A stretch of 59,454 nt of DNA from Acaryochloridaceae cyanobacterium VAR_48_metabat_390 (lineage in GTDB: Bacteria; Cyanobacteriota; Cyanobacteriia; Thermosynechococcales; Thermosynechococcaceae), in contig JANPLU010000115.1 in the NCBI GenBank assembly GCA_031422435.1, forward strand, positions 1 to 59,454, in the 5' to 3' direction. Positions 42,191-54,161 of the stretch are shown here, in pieces. Made by a program: the position numbers and the translations under genes. The notes beneath the pieces are model-generated. The model did not search any database and was not told the DNA's origin. It saw only the letters and a program-made list of their open reading frames with translations. How positions within the stretch are numbered: position 1 is the first letter of the stretch; the number at the start of each line of letters is the position of its first letter.

Positions 42191-43084
42191 ATGACCTTTT
42201 CGATTGCTCATCTTGGGCCTGCCGGAACTTACGCAGAACAGGCCGCTTTAGCCTATGCCCAGTGGTGGTCAAATCAAACACAGGAGGTAGCCCCTACGCT
42301 TGTTCCTTTTCCTAGCATTGCCCAAACTCTACATGCAGTTGCTCAGGGTCGGATGGAGGTGGCAGTTGTACCGGTCGAAAATTCGATTGAAGGCAGTGTG
42401 ACGACGACTCTAGACACACTGTGGCAGTTAGAAACGCTACAAATTCGTCAGGCTCTTGTACTGCCCATTGCCCATGTTTTAGTTACTCAATCAACTGAAT
42501 TAGGCACAATTGAGACGGTCTATTCTCATCCTCAGGCTTTGGGGCAATGTCAGCAGTGGCTTCATCAAAACTTACCGGATGTCCAGCTCATTTCCACCCA
42601 CTCCACAACAGAGGCGTTGAAATATGTGGAAGCAAATCAGTCCACAGCGGCGATCGCCTCCGAACGGGCAGCCCACCTTTATAAACTCCCCATTCTTGCC
42701 AAATCCATTCAGGACTACGCTGATAACTGCACCCGCTTTTTAGTGGTCAGCCAACCCCAGTCTGCTCTCAATATTCCTAAGATTGCAGATGCGCCAATTT
42801 ATACTTCGTTAGCGTTTAGCCTGCCCCAAAATTCACCCGGTGCACTGGTTACACAGCTCCAGGTTTTTGCAGCACGCAGCATCAACCTTAGCCGAATTGA
42901 GTCACGCCCAACCAAGCGTTCCTTGGGAGAGTACGTCTTCTTTATTGATGCTGAAGCCGCTTTAGAGATAGAAGCTATGGAGTCTGCGGTCAGCCTACTG
43001 CGTCATGATGCCGAACGACTGAAAATTCTGGGCAGCTATAGCACCCTTCAGATTTTATCGACCAGCGATAACGCAAAGACCTAA
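42191..43084 (+). CDS. pheA: prephenate dehydratase
   Basis: LGPAGT, PVENSIEG, SHPQALGQC, TRF, IESRP. Confidence 0.95.
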   Translation: MTFSIAHLGPAGTYAEQAALAYAQWWSNQTQEVAPTLVPFPSIAQTLHAVAQGRMEVAVVPVENSIEGSVTTTLDTLWQLETLQIRQALVLPIAHVLVTQSTELGTIETVYSHPQALGQCQQWLHQNLPDVQLISTHSTTEALKYVEANQSTAAIASERAAHLYKLPILAKSIQDYADNCTRFLVVSQPQSALNIPKIADAPIYTSLAFSLPQNSPGALVTQLQVFAARSINLSRIESRPTKRSLGEYVFFIDAEAALEIEAMESAVSLLRHDAERLKILGSYSTLQILSTSDNAKT

Positions 43085-43746
43085 TCTTGCAGGTTATCTT
43101 CTGAATCACCCAAGGTATCTTTGAGAACGGTACGAGCGGCTAGATGATTGCGTGTGGAGGTTAATATCTCTATCTCACGCTCCAGTCGCTCTGCAGTATC
43201 CTGCATTTCTAACAGTGCCTGCTGCTCTAAAGCAACCCCATGAAAATTACTGGCAACCCAGTAAGATAGCTCTGTAGGCAAATTGGGTACATCGTCCGGT
43301 AAAGCAATTTCTTGCTCTGTCAACTTCGCTGAGAGCTGCACCACATCACGCAGCAAACGCTGTACGTCTTTTGCAAGGGATCGTAAATCTTTCGGCTGCG
43401 GCAGATCTTCAATCCATTCAACTAACCCAACCCGATAGGGCTTTTCACGGGTGTAGTCTAACACTCTAAACCGCTGCTGCCCCAAGCAAACGACCATTAA
43501 ACGATCGTCAGGCATCCGCTCAAACTTAACAATCTCGGCGCAGCATCCTACGTTAGTAGCTTTACCTTGAACCGGATCCCACATCAGCACCCCAAAACGG
43601 CGATCACTATCCAAAATCGTATTCATCATGATTCGGTAGCGAAATTCAAAAATGTGAAGCGGCAGGGGACGACCTGGGAAGAGAACTACCTCTGGCAGCG
43701 GAAAAATGGGCAGTTCTCGAACGGCGATAGAAGATGAAAAAGCCAT
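43081..43746 (-). CDS. LON peptidase substrate-binding domain protein
   Basis: LPIFPL, LPLHIFEFRY, GQQRFRV; no ATPase or protease domain. Confidence 0.9.
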   Translation of the reverse strand: MAFSSSIAVRELPIFPLPEVVLFPGRPLPLHIFEFRYRIMMNTILDSDRRFGVLMWDPVQGKATNVGCCAEIVKFERMPDDRLMVVCLGQQRFRVLDYTREKPYRVGLVEWIEDLPQPKDLRSLAKDVQRLLRDVVQLSAKLTEQEIALPDDVPNLPTELSYWVASNFHGVALEQQALLEMQDTAERLEREIEILTSTRNHLAARTVLKDTLGDSEDNLQD

Positions 43747-43875
43747 GCTGGAAGCTCTATTTTGGAATCCGTAGGAGTATGTTCTCCTTTACTCTAGCCC
43801 ATCTTTTGATGACACGGGGATGAGAATAAGTAAAAATGCTTGGCCTTTAGGTTTTAAGGAATTAAGGTTCCAAAC

Positions 43876-43912
43876 ACAACGTCTCAGAACTTTTAGAGTT
43901 CTGAGACGTTGT
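43876..43912. terminator. perfect hairpin downstream of rpsJ
   Basis: ACAACGTCTCAGAACT-tttag-AGTTCTGAGACGTTGT. Confidence 0.7.
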
Positions 43913-43935
43913 TGGAGGGAAAAATTTATGTCAGA

Positions 43936-44259
43936 TTAAAGCTTCACTTCAATATCAACACCAGCAGGTAGATCTAGCTTCATCAGTGCGTCAATCGTTT
44001 TGGGAGAGGGCTGATAGATGTCAATGATGCGTCGATGAGTACGGGTTTCAAAATGCTCTCGAGAATCCTTATCGACGTGGGGCGATCGCAGAACGCAGTA
44101 GATGCGGCGGCGAGTCGGTAAGGGAATAGGGCCAACGGGCGTGGCTTCAGTGCGCTTGGCGGTTTCTACAATCTTTTCGCAGGATGCATCCAGTAAACGA
44201 TGATCAAAGGCTTTCAGACGAATTCGGATCTTTTGCTGTTGCAAAGTTGACGTTGACAT
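43936..44259 (-). CDS. rpsJ: 30S ribosomal protein S10
   Basis: [31 protein letters not shown]. Confidence 0.98.
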   Translation of the reverse strand: MSTSTLQQQKIRIRLKAFDHRLLDASCEKIVETAKRTEATPVGPIPLPTRRRIYCVLRSPHVDKDSREHFETRTHRRIIDIYQPSPKTIDALMKLDLPAGVDIEVKL

Positions 44260-44294
44260 ATCACCAATTCTCTTTTGATTTTCAAGGTTCAGAG

Positions 44295-44336
44295 TGAGAC
44301 GCTGCGAAGTCGGCTTAAGCTTCCTCGCAGCATCTC
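44295..44336. other. imperfect hairpin between tuf and rpsJ (RNA stability element or attenuator)
   Basis: GAGA.GCTGCGA...TCGCAGC.TCTC. Confidence 0.4.
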
Positions 44337-44373
44337 TCAGTATCGCTCAGCCAAACTGCTTACGCTGTTTCAA

Positions 44374-45603
44374 CTATTTGAGGATTTTAGACACAACCCC
44401 TGCACCGATGGTGCGACCCCCTTCACGGATGGCAAAGCGCATCCCTTGCTCAATCGCGATGGGGTTGATGAGCTGAACGGTCATTTTGATGCGATCGCCC
44501 GGCATAATCATTTCAGCTTCGCTGCCATCATCGGCGGTAAAGGTACTGATGGTTCCAGTTACGTCCGTGGTTCGCACATAGAACTGAGGACGGTAGCCAG
44601 GGAAGAAAGGAGTGTGACGACCGCCTTCTTCCTTCTTGAGGACGTAGACTTCAGATTCAAACTCAGTATGAGGCTTAATCGAACCAGGCTTGGCAATTAC
44701 CATACCGCGCTCGATATCTTCCTTCTGAATCCCCCGAAGCAAGATGCCAGCATTATCGCCAGCCATTCCTTCATCCAGAGACTTTTTGAACATTTCAATC
44801 CCGGTTACAACACTCTTACGGGTGTCGCGGATTCCGACGATTTCAACGTCATCTTGAACCTTGACTTTGCCACGCTCAATCCGACCCGTTGCAACGGTAC
44901 CCCGACCTGTGATCGAGAACACGTCTTCAATCGCCATCAGGAAAGGCTTATCGACATCGCGCTCAGGCGTAGGCACATAGGCATCTACCTCTTCCATGAG
45001 CTTGTAGATTTTATCAACCCACTCATCTTCTCCAAGCTTCAGCTTGCCGTTAGCCGTTAAAGCCTCAACGGCCTTCAATGCAGAACCAGCAACGATGGGG
45101 ATATCATCACCAGGGAAATCATAGCTGGTGAGCAGATCGCGAATTTCTAGTTCGACTAGCTCAAGCAGTTCAGCATCGTCGACTTGGTCTTCTTTGTTCA
45201 TGAACACAACAAGACTAGGAACGCCAACCTGCTTTGCCAGCAGAATGTGTTCACGGGTTTGGGGCATGGGGCCATCTGCCGCAGACACCACTAAGATGCC
45301 TCCATCCATTTGCGCCGCGCCAGTGATCATGTTTTTGACATAGTCAGCGTGCCCAGGACAGTCCACGTGAGCATAGTGACGGTTTGCCGTTTCATACTCA
45401 ACGTGAGCCGTATTAATCGTAATCCCACGCGCTTTCTCTTCAGGAGCCGCGTCAATTTCGTCATACTTTCTGGCCTGAGCCTGACCAATTGCCGCCAGAG
45501 ACATGGTGATCGCTGCGGTCAGGGTCGTTTTACCGTGGTCAACGTGACCAATGGTTCCAATGTTGACGTGGGGTTTATTTCGTTCAAATTTAGCGCGTGC
45601 CAT
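44374..45603 (-). CDS. tuf: elongation factor Tu
   Basis: [29 protein letters not shown]. Confidence 0.99.
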   Translation of the reverse strand: MARAKFERNKPHVNIGTIGHVDHGKTTLTAAITMSLAAIGQAQARKYDEIDAAPEEKARGITINTAHVEYETANRHYAHVDCPGHADYVKNMITGAAQMDGGILVVSAADGPMPQTREHILLAKQVGVPSLVVFMNKEDQVDDAELLELVELEIRDLLTSYDFPGDDIPIVAGSALKAVEALTANGKLKLGEDEWVDKIYKLMEEVDAYVPTPERDVDKPFLMAIEDVFSITGRGTVATGRIERGKVKVQDDVEIVGIRDTRKSVVTGIEMFKKSLDEGMAGDNAGILLRGIQKEDIERGMVIAKPGSIKPHTEFESEVYVLKKEEGGRHTPFFPGYRPQFYVRTTDVTGTISTFTADDGSEAEMIMPGDRIKMTVQLINPIAIEQGMRFAIREGGRTIGAGVVSKILK

Positions 45604-45630
45604 GATGACTCAACTATTCCTCTTCGATGA

Positions 45631-47706
45631 TTATGCGTTCCCTTTGTTCTTCGCGATGATGGCTTCAGCGACACTCCGAGGAATTTCCTCGTAGCGACTA
45701 AACTCCATCGAGAATATGCCGCGACCCTGGGTCATAGACCGGATATCTGTAGCATATCCAAACATGGTGGCTAAGGGTACCTTTGAAGTAATCTTCGCCA
45801 GCCCTTGGTCAACGGTTTGGCCTTCAATATGGCCTCGCCGCGAGATCAGATCGCCCATGACGCCACCGAGAAAGTCTTCGGGCACCTCGACCCCAACCTT
45901 CATCATCGGCTCCAGCAGCACTGGAGATGCATTCATGACTGCTTCTTTAATCGCCATAGATCCCGCGATCTTAAAGGCCATCTCAGAAGAGTCTACATCG
46001 TGGTAAGAACCATCCACCATGGTTGCCTTGACATCAATCAAGGGGTAGCCCGCAAGAATACCAGACTCGCAGGCTTCTTTCATACCCTGAGCAGCAGGGT
46101 TTATATATTCTTTTGGAACTGTACCTCCTACAATCTTAGACACAAACTCAAATCCAGAGCCAACTTCCCCTGGCTCCACTTCAATGACAACGTGACCATA
46201 CTGGCCTTTGCCACCACTTTGCCGAATAAACTTCCCTTCAGCTCTAACGGCCTTACGGATGGTTTCTCGATAGGCTACTTGGGGGGCACCCACGTTGGCT
46301 TCTACCTTAAACTCTCGCAGCATCCGATCAATCAAAATTTCAAGGTGGAGTTCCCCCATTCCGGCGATAACGGTTTGATTCGTATCAGAATCAATACTGA
46401 CTCGGAACGTTGGATCTTCTTCTGAAAGGGACTGGAGCGCCTTTGACAACTTTTCCATATCCTGCTTCGTTTTTGGCTCTACTGCCACCGAAATAACAGG
46501 CTCAGGAATAAAGAGGGACTCTAAAATAATCGGGTCATGATCGTCGCTGAGGGTATCGCCTGTAAAGGTATCTTTGAGTCCAAGCGCTGCGCCTAGGTCT
46601 CCTGCCCGCAGCTCATCGACTTCAATGCGCTCATCTGCCTTAAGAACAATCAGACGAGAAATTCGCTCTTTTTTATTTTTAGAAGAGTTTAAAACGTAGC
46701 TACCCTTTTTAAGAATTCCGGAATAGACGCGAACAAATGTTAGGCGACCATAGGGATCCGCCATGATTTTAAAGGCGAGGGCTGACAGTGGCTCTTCGTC
46801 ATCTGCATGACGAAATGCTTCACTGCCGTCTCCCAACGTACCAACAATAGCTGGAACTTCTAGGGGTGAGGGTAAGTAATCAAGCACAGCATCCAGTAAA
46901 AGCTGAACACCCTTATTTTTGAAGGCCGAACCGCACAGCATAGGCACAATGGAGCCATCAATGGTTCCTTTTCTCAAGGCAGTTCGAATTTCTGCTTCTG
47001 TAAGAGCTTCGCCTTCAAGATATTTTTCGGTCAGGGCATCGTCGGTTTCAGCAACGGATTCGATAAGCTTAATCCGAAATTTCTCAGCGTTTTCCTTAAC
47101 TTCTTCAGGGATATCCACTTCCGAGATATCGTTGCCGACGTCATCGTTATAAATATACGCCCGCATTTTCACGAGATCGACAATCCCACGCAGGTCACTT
47201 TCTTGACCAATGGGGATTTGAATGGGTACCGCATTCGCTCTCATGCGATCGCGGATTTGCCCGTAAACGCGATAAAAATCGGCACCCGTTCGATCCATCT
47301 TATTCACAAAGACAATGCGGGGCACTTTATATCGATCTGCTTGCCGCCACACCGTTTCGGACTGAGGCTGAACCCCACCCACAGAGCAAAACACCGCAAT
47401 AACGCCATCTAGCACCCGCATAGAGCGCTCAACTTCAATGGTGAAGTCTACGTGTCCTGGCGTATCAATGATGTTGATCTGATGATCTTTCCAACTTGTG
47501 GTAATGGCAGCAGCGGTGATGGTAATCCCTCGCTCGCGCTCTTGCTCCATCCAGTCCGTCACGGTATTGCCGTCGTGGACTTCACCAATTTTGTGAACCA
47601 CGCCAGAGTAGTAAAGGATGCGCTCGGTGGTCGTTGTCTTCCCCGCATCAATATGAGCCGCAATACCAATATTGCGAACTTTTTCTAACGGGATTGAACG
47701 AGCCAC
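45631..47706 (-). CDS. fusA: elongation factor G
   Basis: [24 protein letters not shown] start after GGAGG. Confidence 0.99.
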   Translation of the reverse strand: MARSIPLEKVRNIGIAAHIDAGKTTTTERILYYSGVVHKIGEVHDGNTVTDWMEQERERGITITAAAITTSWKDHQINIIDTPGHVDFTIEVERSMRVLDGVIAVFCSVGGVQPQSETVWRQADRYKVPRIVFVNKMDRTGADFYRVYGQIRDRMRANAVPIQIPIGQESDLRGIVDLVKMRAYIYNDDVGNDISEVDIPEEVKENAEKFRIKLIESVAETDDALTEKYLEGEALTEAEIRTALRKGTIDGSIVPMLCGSAFKNKGVQLLLDAVLDYLPSPLEVPAIVGTLGDGSEAFRHADDEEPLSALAFKIMADPYGRLTFVRVYSGILKKGSYVLNSSKNKKERISRLIVLKADERIEVDELRAGDLGAALGLKDTFTGDTLSDDHDPIILESLFIPEPVISVAVEPKTKQDMEKLSKALQSLSEEDPTFRVSIDSDTNQTVIAGMGELHLEILIDRMLREFKVEANVGAPQVAYRETIRKAVRAEGKFIRQSGGKGQYGHVVIEVEPGEVGSGFEFVSKIVGGTVPKEYINPAAQGMKEACESGILAGYPLIDVKATMVDGSYHDVDSSEMAFKIAGSMAIKEAVMNASPVLLEPMMKVGVEVPEDFLGGVMGDLISRRGHIEGQTVDQGLAKITSKVPLATMFGYATDIRSMTQGRGIFSMEFSRYEEIPRSVAEAIIAKNKGNA

Positions 47707-47805
47707 CTCTACCTCCTAAAAACTTGACCCTAAAACTTGGCGAATAGAACTTACACCAAGGGATCAGAACTTTCATTCTAATCTATGCATTTAATACAGC
47801 AGTGA

Positions 47806-48276
47806 TTAGTAGCGATAGTGCGCGAACGCTTTGTTGGCCTCTGCCATTCTGTGGGTTTCTTCGCGCTTACGGATTGCGCCACCCGTATCATTCGCCGCGT
47901 CCATTAGCTCATTGGCAAGCTTAGCCACCATAGAGCGACCCGCGCGCGCACGAGAATATTGAATAATCCAACGCAGGGCTAAAGCAACGCCTCGCTCAGT
48001 CCGAACTTCCATCGGCACCTGATAGGTGGCACCACCCACTCGGCGCGCTTTGACTTCCACGAGGGGAGTTGCTTTGCGAACCGCATTTTCAAAAACTTCT
48101 AACGGGTCTTGCCCAGTGCGTTCTTCGATCACCTTCAGGGAATCATAAAGAAGCCCTGAAGCAACTGACTTTTTGCCGCTGTACATGATGCGACGAATCG
48201 CCATGTTGATGAGTCGGCTGTTGTAAACCGGATCAGGAGGAACGGGACGCTTTGGGGCACGATTACGACGAGACAT
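47806..48276 (-). CDS. rpsG: 30S ribosomal protein S7
   Basis: [24 protein letters not shown]. Confidence 0.99.
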   Translation of the reverse strand: MSRRNRAPKRPVPPDPVYNSRLINMAIRRIMYSGKKSVASGLLYDSLKVIEERTGQDPLEVFENAVRKATPLVEVKARRVGGATYQVPMEVRTERGVALALRWIIQYSRARAGRSMVAKLANELMDAANDTGGAIRKREETHRMAEANKAFAHYRY

Positions 48277-48446
48277 GGACGACCTTCAGTTTGTATCTAC
48301 AGGTGATATTACAAAAATTAAAATGCTTGAGATTAATTTTCAGAAAGCAAGCATGGAGCGTTTCGTCACAGAGAATCGGAGGACAAATCCAGCCGAATCA
48401 GGTCACTTAAAACCCACTAAATTTAAAGTGCTGGACAAAAACAGAA

Positions 48447-48827
48447 TTATTTTGCGGCTTTAGGACGCTTTGCGCCGTACTTAGAACGGCCTTGCTTACG
48501 ATCCTTAACGCCAGACGTGTCTAAAGTGCCGCGAATGATGTGGTAACGAACGCCTGGGAGGTCTTTGACTCGCCCACCACGGATCATGACGACAGAGTGT
48601 TCTTGAAGATTATGCCCAATCCCAGGAATGTAGGCCGTTACTTCAAAGCCCGAAGTCAACCGAACCCGGGCAACTTTGCGCAACGCTGAGTTAGGCTTTT
48701 TGGGCGTTGTTGTATACACACGAGTACACACACCACGACGCTGAGGGCAGCTCTTGAGCGCAGGTGATTTGGTTTTCTTGATCGCTTTTTCGCGTTCGCT
48801 ACGGATGAGTTGCTGAATTGTGGGCAT
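48447..48827 (-). CDS. rpsL: 30S ribosomal protein S12
   Basis: [29 protein letters not shown]. Confidence 0.99.
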   Translation of the reverse strand: MPTIQQLIRSEREKAIKKTKSPALKSCPQRRGVCTRVYTTTPKKPNSALRKVARVRLTSGFEVTAYIPGIGHNLQEHSVVMIRGGRVKDLPGVRYHIIRGTLDTSGVKDRKQGRSKYGAKRPKAAK

Positions 48828-49000
48828 GGGTTGAGACTACTAGCTTATCTTACAGATTACTGTTTTTCTTCCAAATGATAACTATACCGAGCTATGCATC
48901 ACTCTGTCAAACTGGCTCCATCGTTTTTATAAATTGGAGAATAAAACTCAGTTAGATTTGAGCTAGTGGGGTACTATAAATCTAAATCGCAGTTACCTAG

Positions 49001-49351
49001 CTAACCCGTTAGTCCGGGCAAGTTAAGGCCGGCCGTTAGGTCTTCCATTCTTACGCGCATCGTGTCTGTAGACTTGACGTAAGCATCTTTCATGGCGGCA
49101 GCCACAAGGTCTGAAAGAATTTCTAATCCTTCGCCATAGGCTTGTTCAGAAATTTCGACTCGAAGCGGCTCTTGGTTTCCGCTCATGACAACCTTGACCA
49201 ACCCGCCACCGGCTTCGCCTTCAATTTCCATTTGTTCAAGATCTTCTTGAAGCTGCTTCGCACCTTCTTGAACCTTTTGAGCCTTTTTAATTGCATCAGC
49301 AAGTTCCTTCATCTTGCCGAGACCAAATCCAAATCCCTGTCCTTGTGACAT
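49001..49351 (-). CDS. YbaB/EbfC nucleoid-associated protein
   Basis: [28 protein letters not shown]; start set at MSQGQG. Confidence 0.9.
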   Translation of the reverse strand: MSQGQGFGFGLGKMKELADAIKKAQKVQEGAKQLQEDLEQMEIEGEAGGGLVKVVMSGNQEPLRVEISEQAYGEGLEILSDLVAAAMKDAYVKSTDTMRVRMEDLTAGLNLPGLTG

Positions 49352-49458
49352 AATTCGTTTTCTTACAATGGGGCTAGAAATTAATCTTAAGCAATATTGA
49401 GCATAGCAGCCGTTCGTGCACACTCTAATTTCATAATACTTTGACTTGAACAGGCTGC

Positions 49459-50379
49459 TTAATCAAAATTTCCTAAAGTCTTAACTTCAGGATGTAGCTT
49501 TACTTCCCAAAGCGCTTCAATTTTGGCTTGAACATGAGAAATAAGGCTGTAGATGTCGGAGGCTTTTGCTCCCCCTAAATTTACGATAAAGTTGGCGTGC
49601 TTTGGCGAAATCTGAGCGCCGCCAATTGTAAACCCTTTTAAGCCAGAGTTTTCAATCAGCCAGCCTGCGGTTTTGGGGAGTGGGTTGCGAAATACGCTGC
49701 CGCAACTGGGGAGTTCGTAGGGTTGAGTGGTGAGCCGATGGTTGAGGTGAGATTCTGTGGTTGCCTCCACGGTTTCAATATCTTGCATTGCTTTAAGGGA
49801 AAACGTTGCGCTAAGGACAATGTTTTTACCTCCCTGAAGAATTGACGAGCGATAGCTATAGTTCAGCTCGGCGTTGGAAAGCGTTTGTTGAGTTCCGTCT
49901 GGTTTGAGAATAAGTGTTTCTATCAGTGAGTCAGAAATAGATTCTCCGTGGGCACCAGCATTCATAACTACTGCGCCTCCAATGGTGCCAGGAATGCCGA
50001 CGGCCCACTCTAGTCCTGCCCAGCCCTGTTTTGCTAACTGCCAACAGAGGCGAGGCAGGGGCTTGCCTGCGGCGACCGTAATGCGCTCCGTTTCTTCAAA
50101 AAATGCCTGTTCTCGGAGATGACGCGTTGAAATGACGAGACCGGGTAGTCCATGATCGCTAATGAGCAGGTTTGAGCCTGCACCCAAAACCGTAACGAGA
50201 AGCCCCTGGTTGAAAGCCCATCGAACGCCGGCCTGAAGCTGCTCTATGGACTGTGGCGCAATAAACCATTCGGCAGGGCCACCCACTCGGTAGGTGGTCA
50301 AGTCTGCCAGTCTGAAATTGGTTTCTAGGTAACAGTCTCCAGAAGGGAGGTAGAGGCGTTCTGACTGGGTCACGGTCAT
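49459..50379 (-). CDS. murB: UDP-N-acetylmuramate dehydrogenase
   Basis: [35 protein letters not shown]. Confidence 0.97.
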   Translation of the reverse strand: MTVTQSERLYLPSGDCYLETNFRLADLTTYRVGGPAEWFIAPQSIEQLQAGVRWAFNQGLLVTVLGAGSNLLISDHGLPGLVISTRHLREQAFFEETERITVAAGKPLPRLCWQLAKQGWAGLEWAVGIPGTIGGAVVMNAGAHGESISDSLIETLILKPDGTQQTLSNAELNYSYRSSILQGGKNIVLSATFSLKAMQDIETVEATTESHLNHRLTTQPYELPSCGSVFRNPLPKTAGWLIENSGLKGFTIGGAQISPKHANFIVNLGGAKASDIYSLISHVQAKIEALWEVKLHPEVKTLGNFD

Positions 50380-51908
50380 CGTAGCGCTACCTCTGCGCGG
50401 TCTGGGATAGGGGAGGACTGCTGTTGAAAATGGCTCAGCACCTCAGGAATAATGCGGTTAAGGTCGCCAGCGCCCAGAAACACCACGAGGTCGCCAGGTT
50501 TAAGGGTGGATTTGAGATGGGTGGCCACATCTGTCAGCGTTTCTTGGTAGGAGACGGTGCCGTGATGCTCTGCGATCGCCGCTGCAACGCCACCGCCATC
50601 CATGCCAGGGGGCTTAGGTTCTCCAGCGCTATAGACATCGGTTGCAATGACGCAATCAGCGTCGCTAAATGCCTGACTAAATTCTTCTAAAAAGGTGAGG
50701 GTACGGCTATAGCGATGGGGTTGAAAGACGGCTACAACCCTTTTATAGTCAGCCGGACTGCCATCTTGTCCAGCGGCGGTACGCAGTTTGGCGGAAGAGA
50801 GGGTTGCCCGAATTTCGCTGGGATGGTGGGCGTAGTCATCAATCAAACAGATGCCGCTGGCCTCTCCGCGATTTTCAAACCTTCGTCTTGCCCCTTCAAA
50901 GGTCAAAAGTGCAGCAGCGATCGCCTCAAAGGGTATGCCTAAAAGTCGTCCAACGGCGATCGCCGCTAAAGCATTGCTTAAGTTATGACAGCCCAGTAGC
51001 CCAAATCTCAGCCGACCCAAAAGTTGGCCTTTCTCATAGATGTCAGCAGCAGTATGCGTTGACCCATAGACAATTGCGTCTGCCGTATAGTCGGCGTTTA
51101 GTGCTGAATTAAGACTGTAGGTTGTCGAAGAACCCTCCGAAGGGTGCGGAATAATGCAATTACGCGTAGTTTCGCAGTCAATGCAAAGCACGACGTGCTG
51201 AGAGTGGTCTACAAAAGCCTGAAAAATTTGAACGACTTCATCCAGCGTTGCGTAGTGATCTGGATGATCTAACTCAATATTGGTAATTACCCCAATATGA
51301 GAATGGAACTTAACCAAAGACCCGTCGGATTCGTCTGCCTCCGCAATCAGGTACGGACTTTGACCTACTCTGGCATTGCCTTCCCATGCCGCGACTTCTC
51401 CACCCACCACGATAGTAGGGTCTAAGCCAGCCTGAACCAAGACATACCCAATTAAACTGCTTGTTGTAGTTTTTCCATGAGTTCCGCCCACCGCAACGCT
51501 TTTAGGAGATTCATTGATGAGTGCCGCCAACACATCGGAGCGATGAAAGATTGGACAGCCCAAGTGAATCGCCGCCTGATACTCAGGGTTATTACGCTGG
51601 ATGGCGGTTGAGCAAATAACCTGAGGTAGCTTGACAGTTTTGATGACCGGATCTGTGATGGGACTGGAAGCAGCAGTTGACTCAATGCGCCGAGATTGCC
51701 GAAAATAGTCAAGGTTTTTAGCCGTTTGCTGTCTAAAGACCTGGGCGCCTAGAATCTGAAGTTTTTGCGTAATGTTTGTGTCGCGCAGATCTGAGCCGGA
51801 TACCGGTAGCTGGCGTTTGGTTAAAATGTGAGCGATGGCAGACATACCGATCCCACCAATCCCGATAAAGTGAAAAGGCCGACCACCTAAGTCAACGGCA
51901 TTCAGCAT
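50376..51908 (-). CDS. murC: UDP-N-acetylmuramate--L-alanine ligase
   Basis: GIGGIGMS, GTHGKTTT, EADESD, DDYAHHP, FQPHRYSR. Confidence 0.97.
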   Translation of the reverse strand: MLNAVDLGGRPFHFIGIGGIGMSAIAHILTKRQLPVSGSDLRDTNITQKLQILGAQVFRQQTAKNLDYFRQSRRIESTAASSPITDPVIKTVKLPQVICSTAIQRNNPEYQAAIHLGCPIFHRSDVLAALINESPKSVAVGGTHGKTTTSSLIGYVLVQAGLDPTIVVGGEVAAWEGNARVGQSPYLIAEADESDGSLVKFHSHIGVITNIELDHPDHYATLDEVVQIFQAFVDHSQHVVLCIDCETTRNCIIPHPSEGSSTTYSLNSALNADYTADAIVYGSTHTAADIYEKGQLLGRLRFGLLGCHNLSNALAAIAVGRLLGIPFEAIAAALLTFEGARRRFENRGEASGICLIDDYAHHPSEIRATLSSAKLRTAAGQDGSPADYKRVVAVFQPHRYSRTLTFLEEFSQAFSDADCVIATDVYSAGEPKPPGMDGGGVAAAIAEHHGTVSYQETLTDVATHLKSTLKPGDLVVFLGAGDLNRIIPEVLSHFQQQSSPIPDRAEVALR

Positions 51909-51917
51909 TCTGTTGTC

Positions 51918-51936
51918 GCTCCTTCAAACACCACAC
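51918..51936 (-). promoter_or_regulatory. candidate Yfr1 sRNA target site over the murC RBS
   Basis: mRNA GUGUGGUGU-uuga-AGGAGC is complementary, with a bulge, to the Yfr1 motif ACUCCUCACACCACAC (recalled). Confidence 0.55.
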
Positions 51937-52550
51937 AAAATAATTGCAGCTTAAGCAAATTGATCTTGTCCCCCGTCTAACCTGTTGCAAGACTGATGCT
52001 TAGACTCTAGATAGCTATTAGATGAGCTATGGGGCTAAAGTTCAGTTCTATTGCCCATTGAGTAAAGTGCCTAAGCAACTAGCTGGCATTGACTCAACAG
52101 AATAGCTGAAATTTCACCTCACAGTTTGAGGTTTTTCGGCTATTCTGTCAACTTATTTGAAAGGCTTTAGTTAAATGCATTGTGATTTAAAAAGGCCGCA
52201 AGGGTCAAAAGCCCAGCGGTCATGAATGGGTTTTAATGATTACGGAATACAGCGCTATCAATTTATGACTAGGACTACATCGGTGGCTTCCCGAAATTTT
52301 TAATGCGGCAAAATCTGCGGAAATTTTCATTCCCCTCTAGTCACAATGAAGAGAGATCTATAGAATAAGGTCTCACAGTGTGTCGCTAACGGATAGGGTT
52401 ACGAGCAACACAGTTAGCGTAAAGTGCATGGGGCCTAAATTGCGCTAGTTTGAAGCACTCAGCTGCTGCTACCGCTGTTTTACAGGTTCTAGTTCTTCCA
52501 TTTTGAGTCACTTTGTGGCTTTGTTTGTGCCAAAGAGTAAGGAGATAGCA

Positions 52551-53954
52551 GTGTCAGAATACGCTCGAAAACCCCTTAGCGTTGGACAACGGCGGCAGCT
52601 TTTAAAACAGCGGCGGCAAGCTGCTCAAGACAAGAAACATCCACAACCGCAGGGCAAGTATCAAAAAGACTCACTTTCGAGAAATTCTGCGGGAAAAAAG
52701 CGAGTTCATGCTGCTGCCGCCGTCCATCGCTCGGCGGAAAGTTTCACAAACGTACGGGTTCAGCGTTCTGCACAACTGAGCCGAGCTTCTGTTGCTCGTT
52801 CATCCAATGGGTCACCGCCTCAGTCTCTTAGTAAGTTAAGCACTGTATCTGCCATAGGGTCTGGCGCTCGAAAAAAAGAACGAAATCTCCGTCTCCAGCG
52901 TAAGCCGAACTGGTTTCAAAATATTTTACGACTCAGCTTTTTGGGACTAGGAATCTCGACCATTGCGGGAACGGCGATCGCCCTTTTGCATCCAGAGCCG
53001 CCTTCAGGAACCTTGGCAAGCAGCAAGTTTCAGGCTCAAAAGAGCGCATCCGGTTCTGAAGGCGTGAATGGCACGGCTGCTTTTGACTCTGCGGCAACGC
53101 TGCCAATTCTCAATCCAGACAAGGAGCTAAAAGAAGCCAAGGTCAAAATTCAGGCGATCGCGGCTGCCCAAAAAGATTTAGCTGCGGGGATGTTCTTTTA
53201 TAACCCTGAAACAGGTGCTTATCTAGACCTAGCGGGTGACAAAACTTTTTCTGCTGCAAGCACGATTAAGGTGCCCGTTCTTATTGCATTTTTCCAGGCC
53301 GTTGATGCTGGGCAAGTGCGTCTAGATGAGCTGCTGGTGATGCGCAAAGATTTAATTGCCTCTGAGTCGGGCGTAATGCAGTACCAGCCTGTTGGCACTA
53401 AATATAGCGCTCTAGAAACCGCTGACCAGATGATTACCATCAGTGATAACACCGCCACCAACATGCTGATTGATCGGCTAGGAGGCATTGCAGCACTCAA
53501 TGAGCGGTTTAAAGGCTGGGGACTAAGCCAAGTCAATCTACGCAATTTATTGCCAGACTTACAGGGCACCAATACCGTTACGCCTAAAGATCTTTCCACG
53601 CTCATGCTAAAGCTTGGTCAAGGCGATCTGCTTACGCCTCGCAGTCGAGACTTAGCGCTAGACATTATGAGACGAACGGTTACTCAAACTTTATTGCCTC
53701 CTGGTCTAGGAGCTGGAGCTACAATTGCACATAAAACGGGAGATATTGGATTAGTCGTCGGTGATTCTGGTCTTATTGGAATGCCCAACGGTCAGCGATA
53801 CGTTGCTACCGTCTTCGTCAAGCGACCCCATAATGACCCTAGAGCACAAGAGTTGATTCGCCAAATTTCAAAGATTAGCTATCAGGCTTTAAGCAGCGCC
53901 AGTCGTCGCCCTACTCCCACAGCTTCAGCCACTACGGCTCAATCTGTCCCCTAA
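52551..53954 (+). CDS. class A beta-lactamase-like serine hydrolase (PBP-A type) with basic N-terminal extension and TM helix
   Basis: STIK, SDN and KTG motifs; GTG at 52551 after AAGGAG preferred. Confidence 0.88.
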   Translation: MSEYARKPLSVGQRRQLLKQRRQAAQDKKHPQPQGKYQKDSLSRNSAGKKRVHAAAAVHRSAESFTNVRVQRSAQLSRASVARSSNGSPPQSLSKLSTVSAIGSGARKKERNLRLQRKPNWFQNILRLSFLGLGISTIAGTAIALLHPEPPSGTLASSKFQAQKSASGSEGVNGTAAFDSAATLPILNPDKELKEAKVKIQAIAAAQKDLAAGMFFYNPETGAYLDLAGDKTFSAASTIKVPVLIAFFQAVDAGQVRLDELLVMRKDLIASESGVMQYQPVGTKYSALETADQMITISDNTATNMLIDRLGGIAALNERFKGWGLSQVNLRNLLPDLQGTNTVTPKDLSTLMLKLGQGDLLTPRSRDLALDIMRRTVTQTLLPPGLGAGATIAHKTGDIGLVVGDSGLIGMPNGQRYVATVFVKRPHNDPRAQELIRQISKISYQALSSASRRPTPTASATTAQSVP

Positions 53955-54161
53955 GGTAAAGGCAAAAATTGAAATATTTATTTTAAAGCACGCTTTATTA
54001 GGGCAATCTGAGCTTTTTTAGCGCAGAGCATTGAAGGTTACTATAGATTAGGAGTATCACATTTAGTCAGTTCTTACGGGTTTCCAAACGTGACCTTTTC
54101 TGTAAAAGACGGGTTTGTGCCGCTTTGGATTCGTTGGAAAACAGGAATTTAGATAACTGCA

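Noticed and set aside
44275..47688. Long + strand ORFs opposite tuf and fusA (e.g. 44275-45060, 45805-46425)
   Set aside because: Antisense shadows caused by codon bias in highly conserved genes
52551..53954. Possible acquired beta-lactam resistance gene
   Set aside because: Host-like composition with HIP1 sites, a TM anchor and a position next to mur genes fit the native cyanobacterial PBP-A-like family
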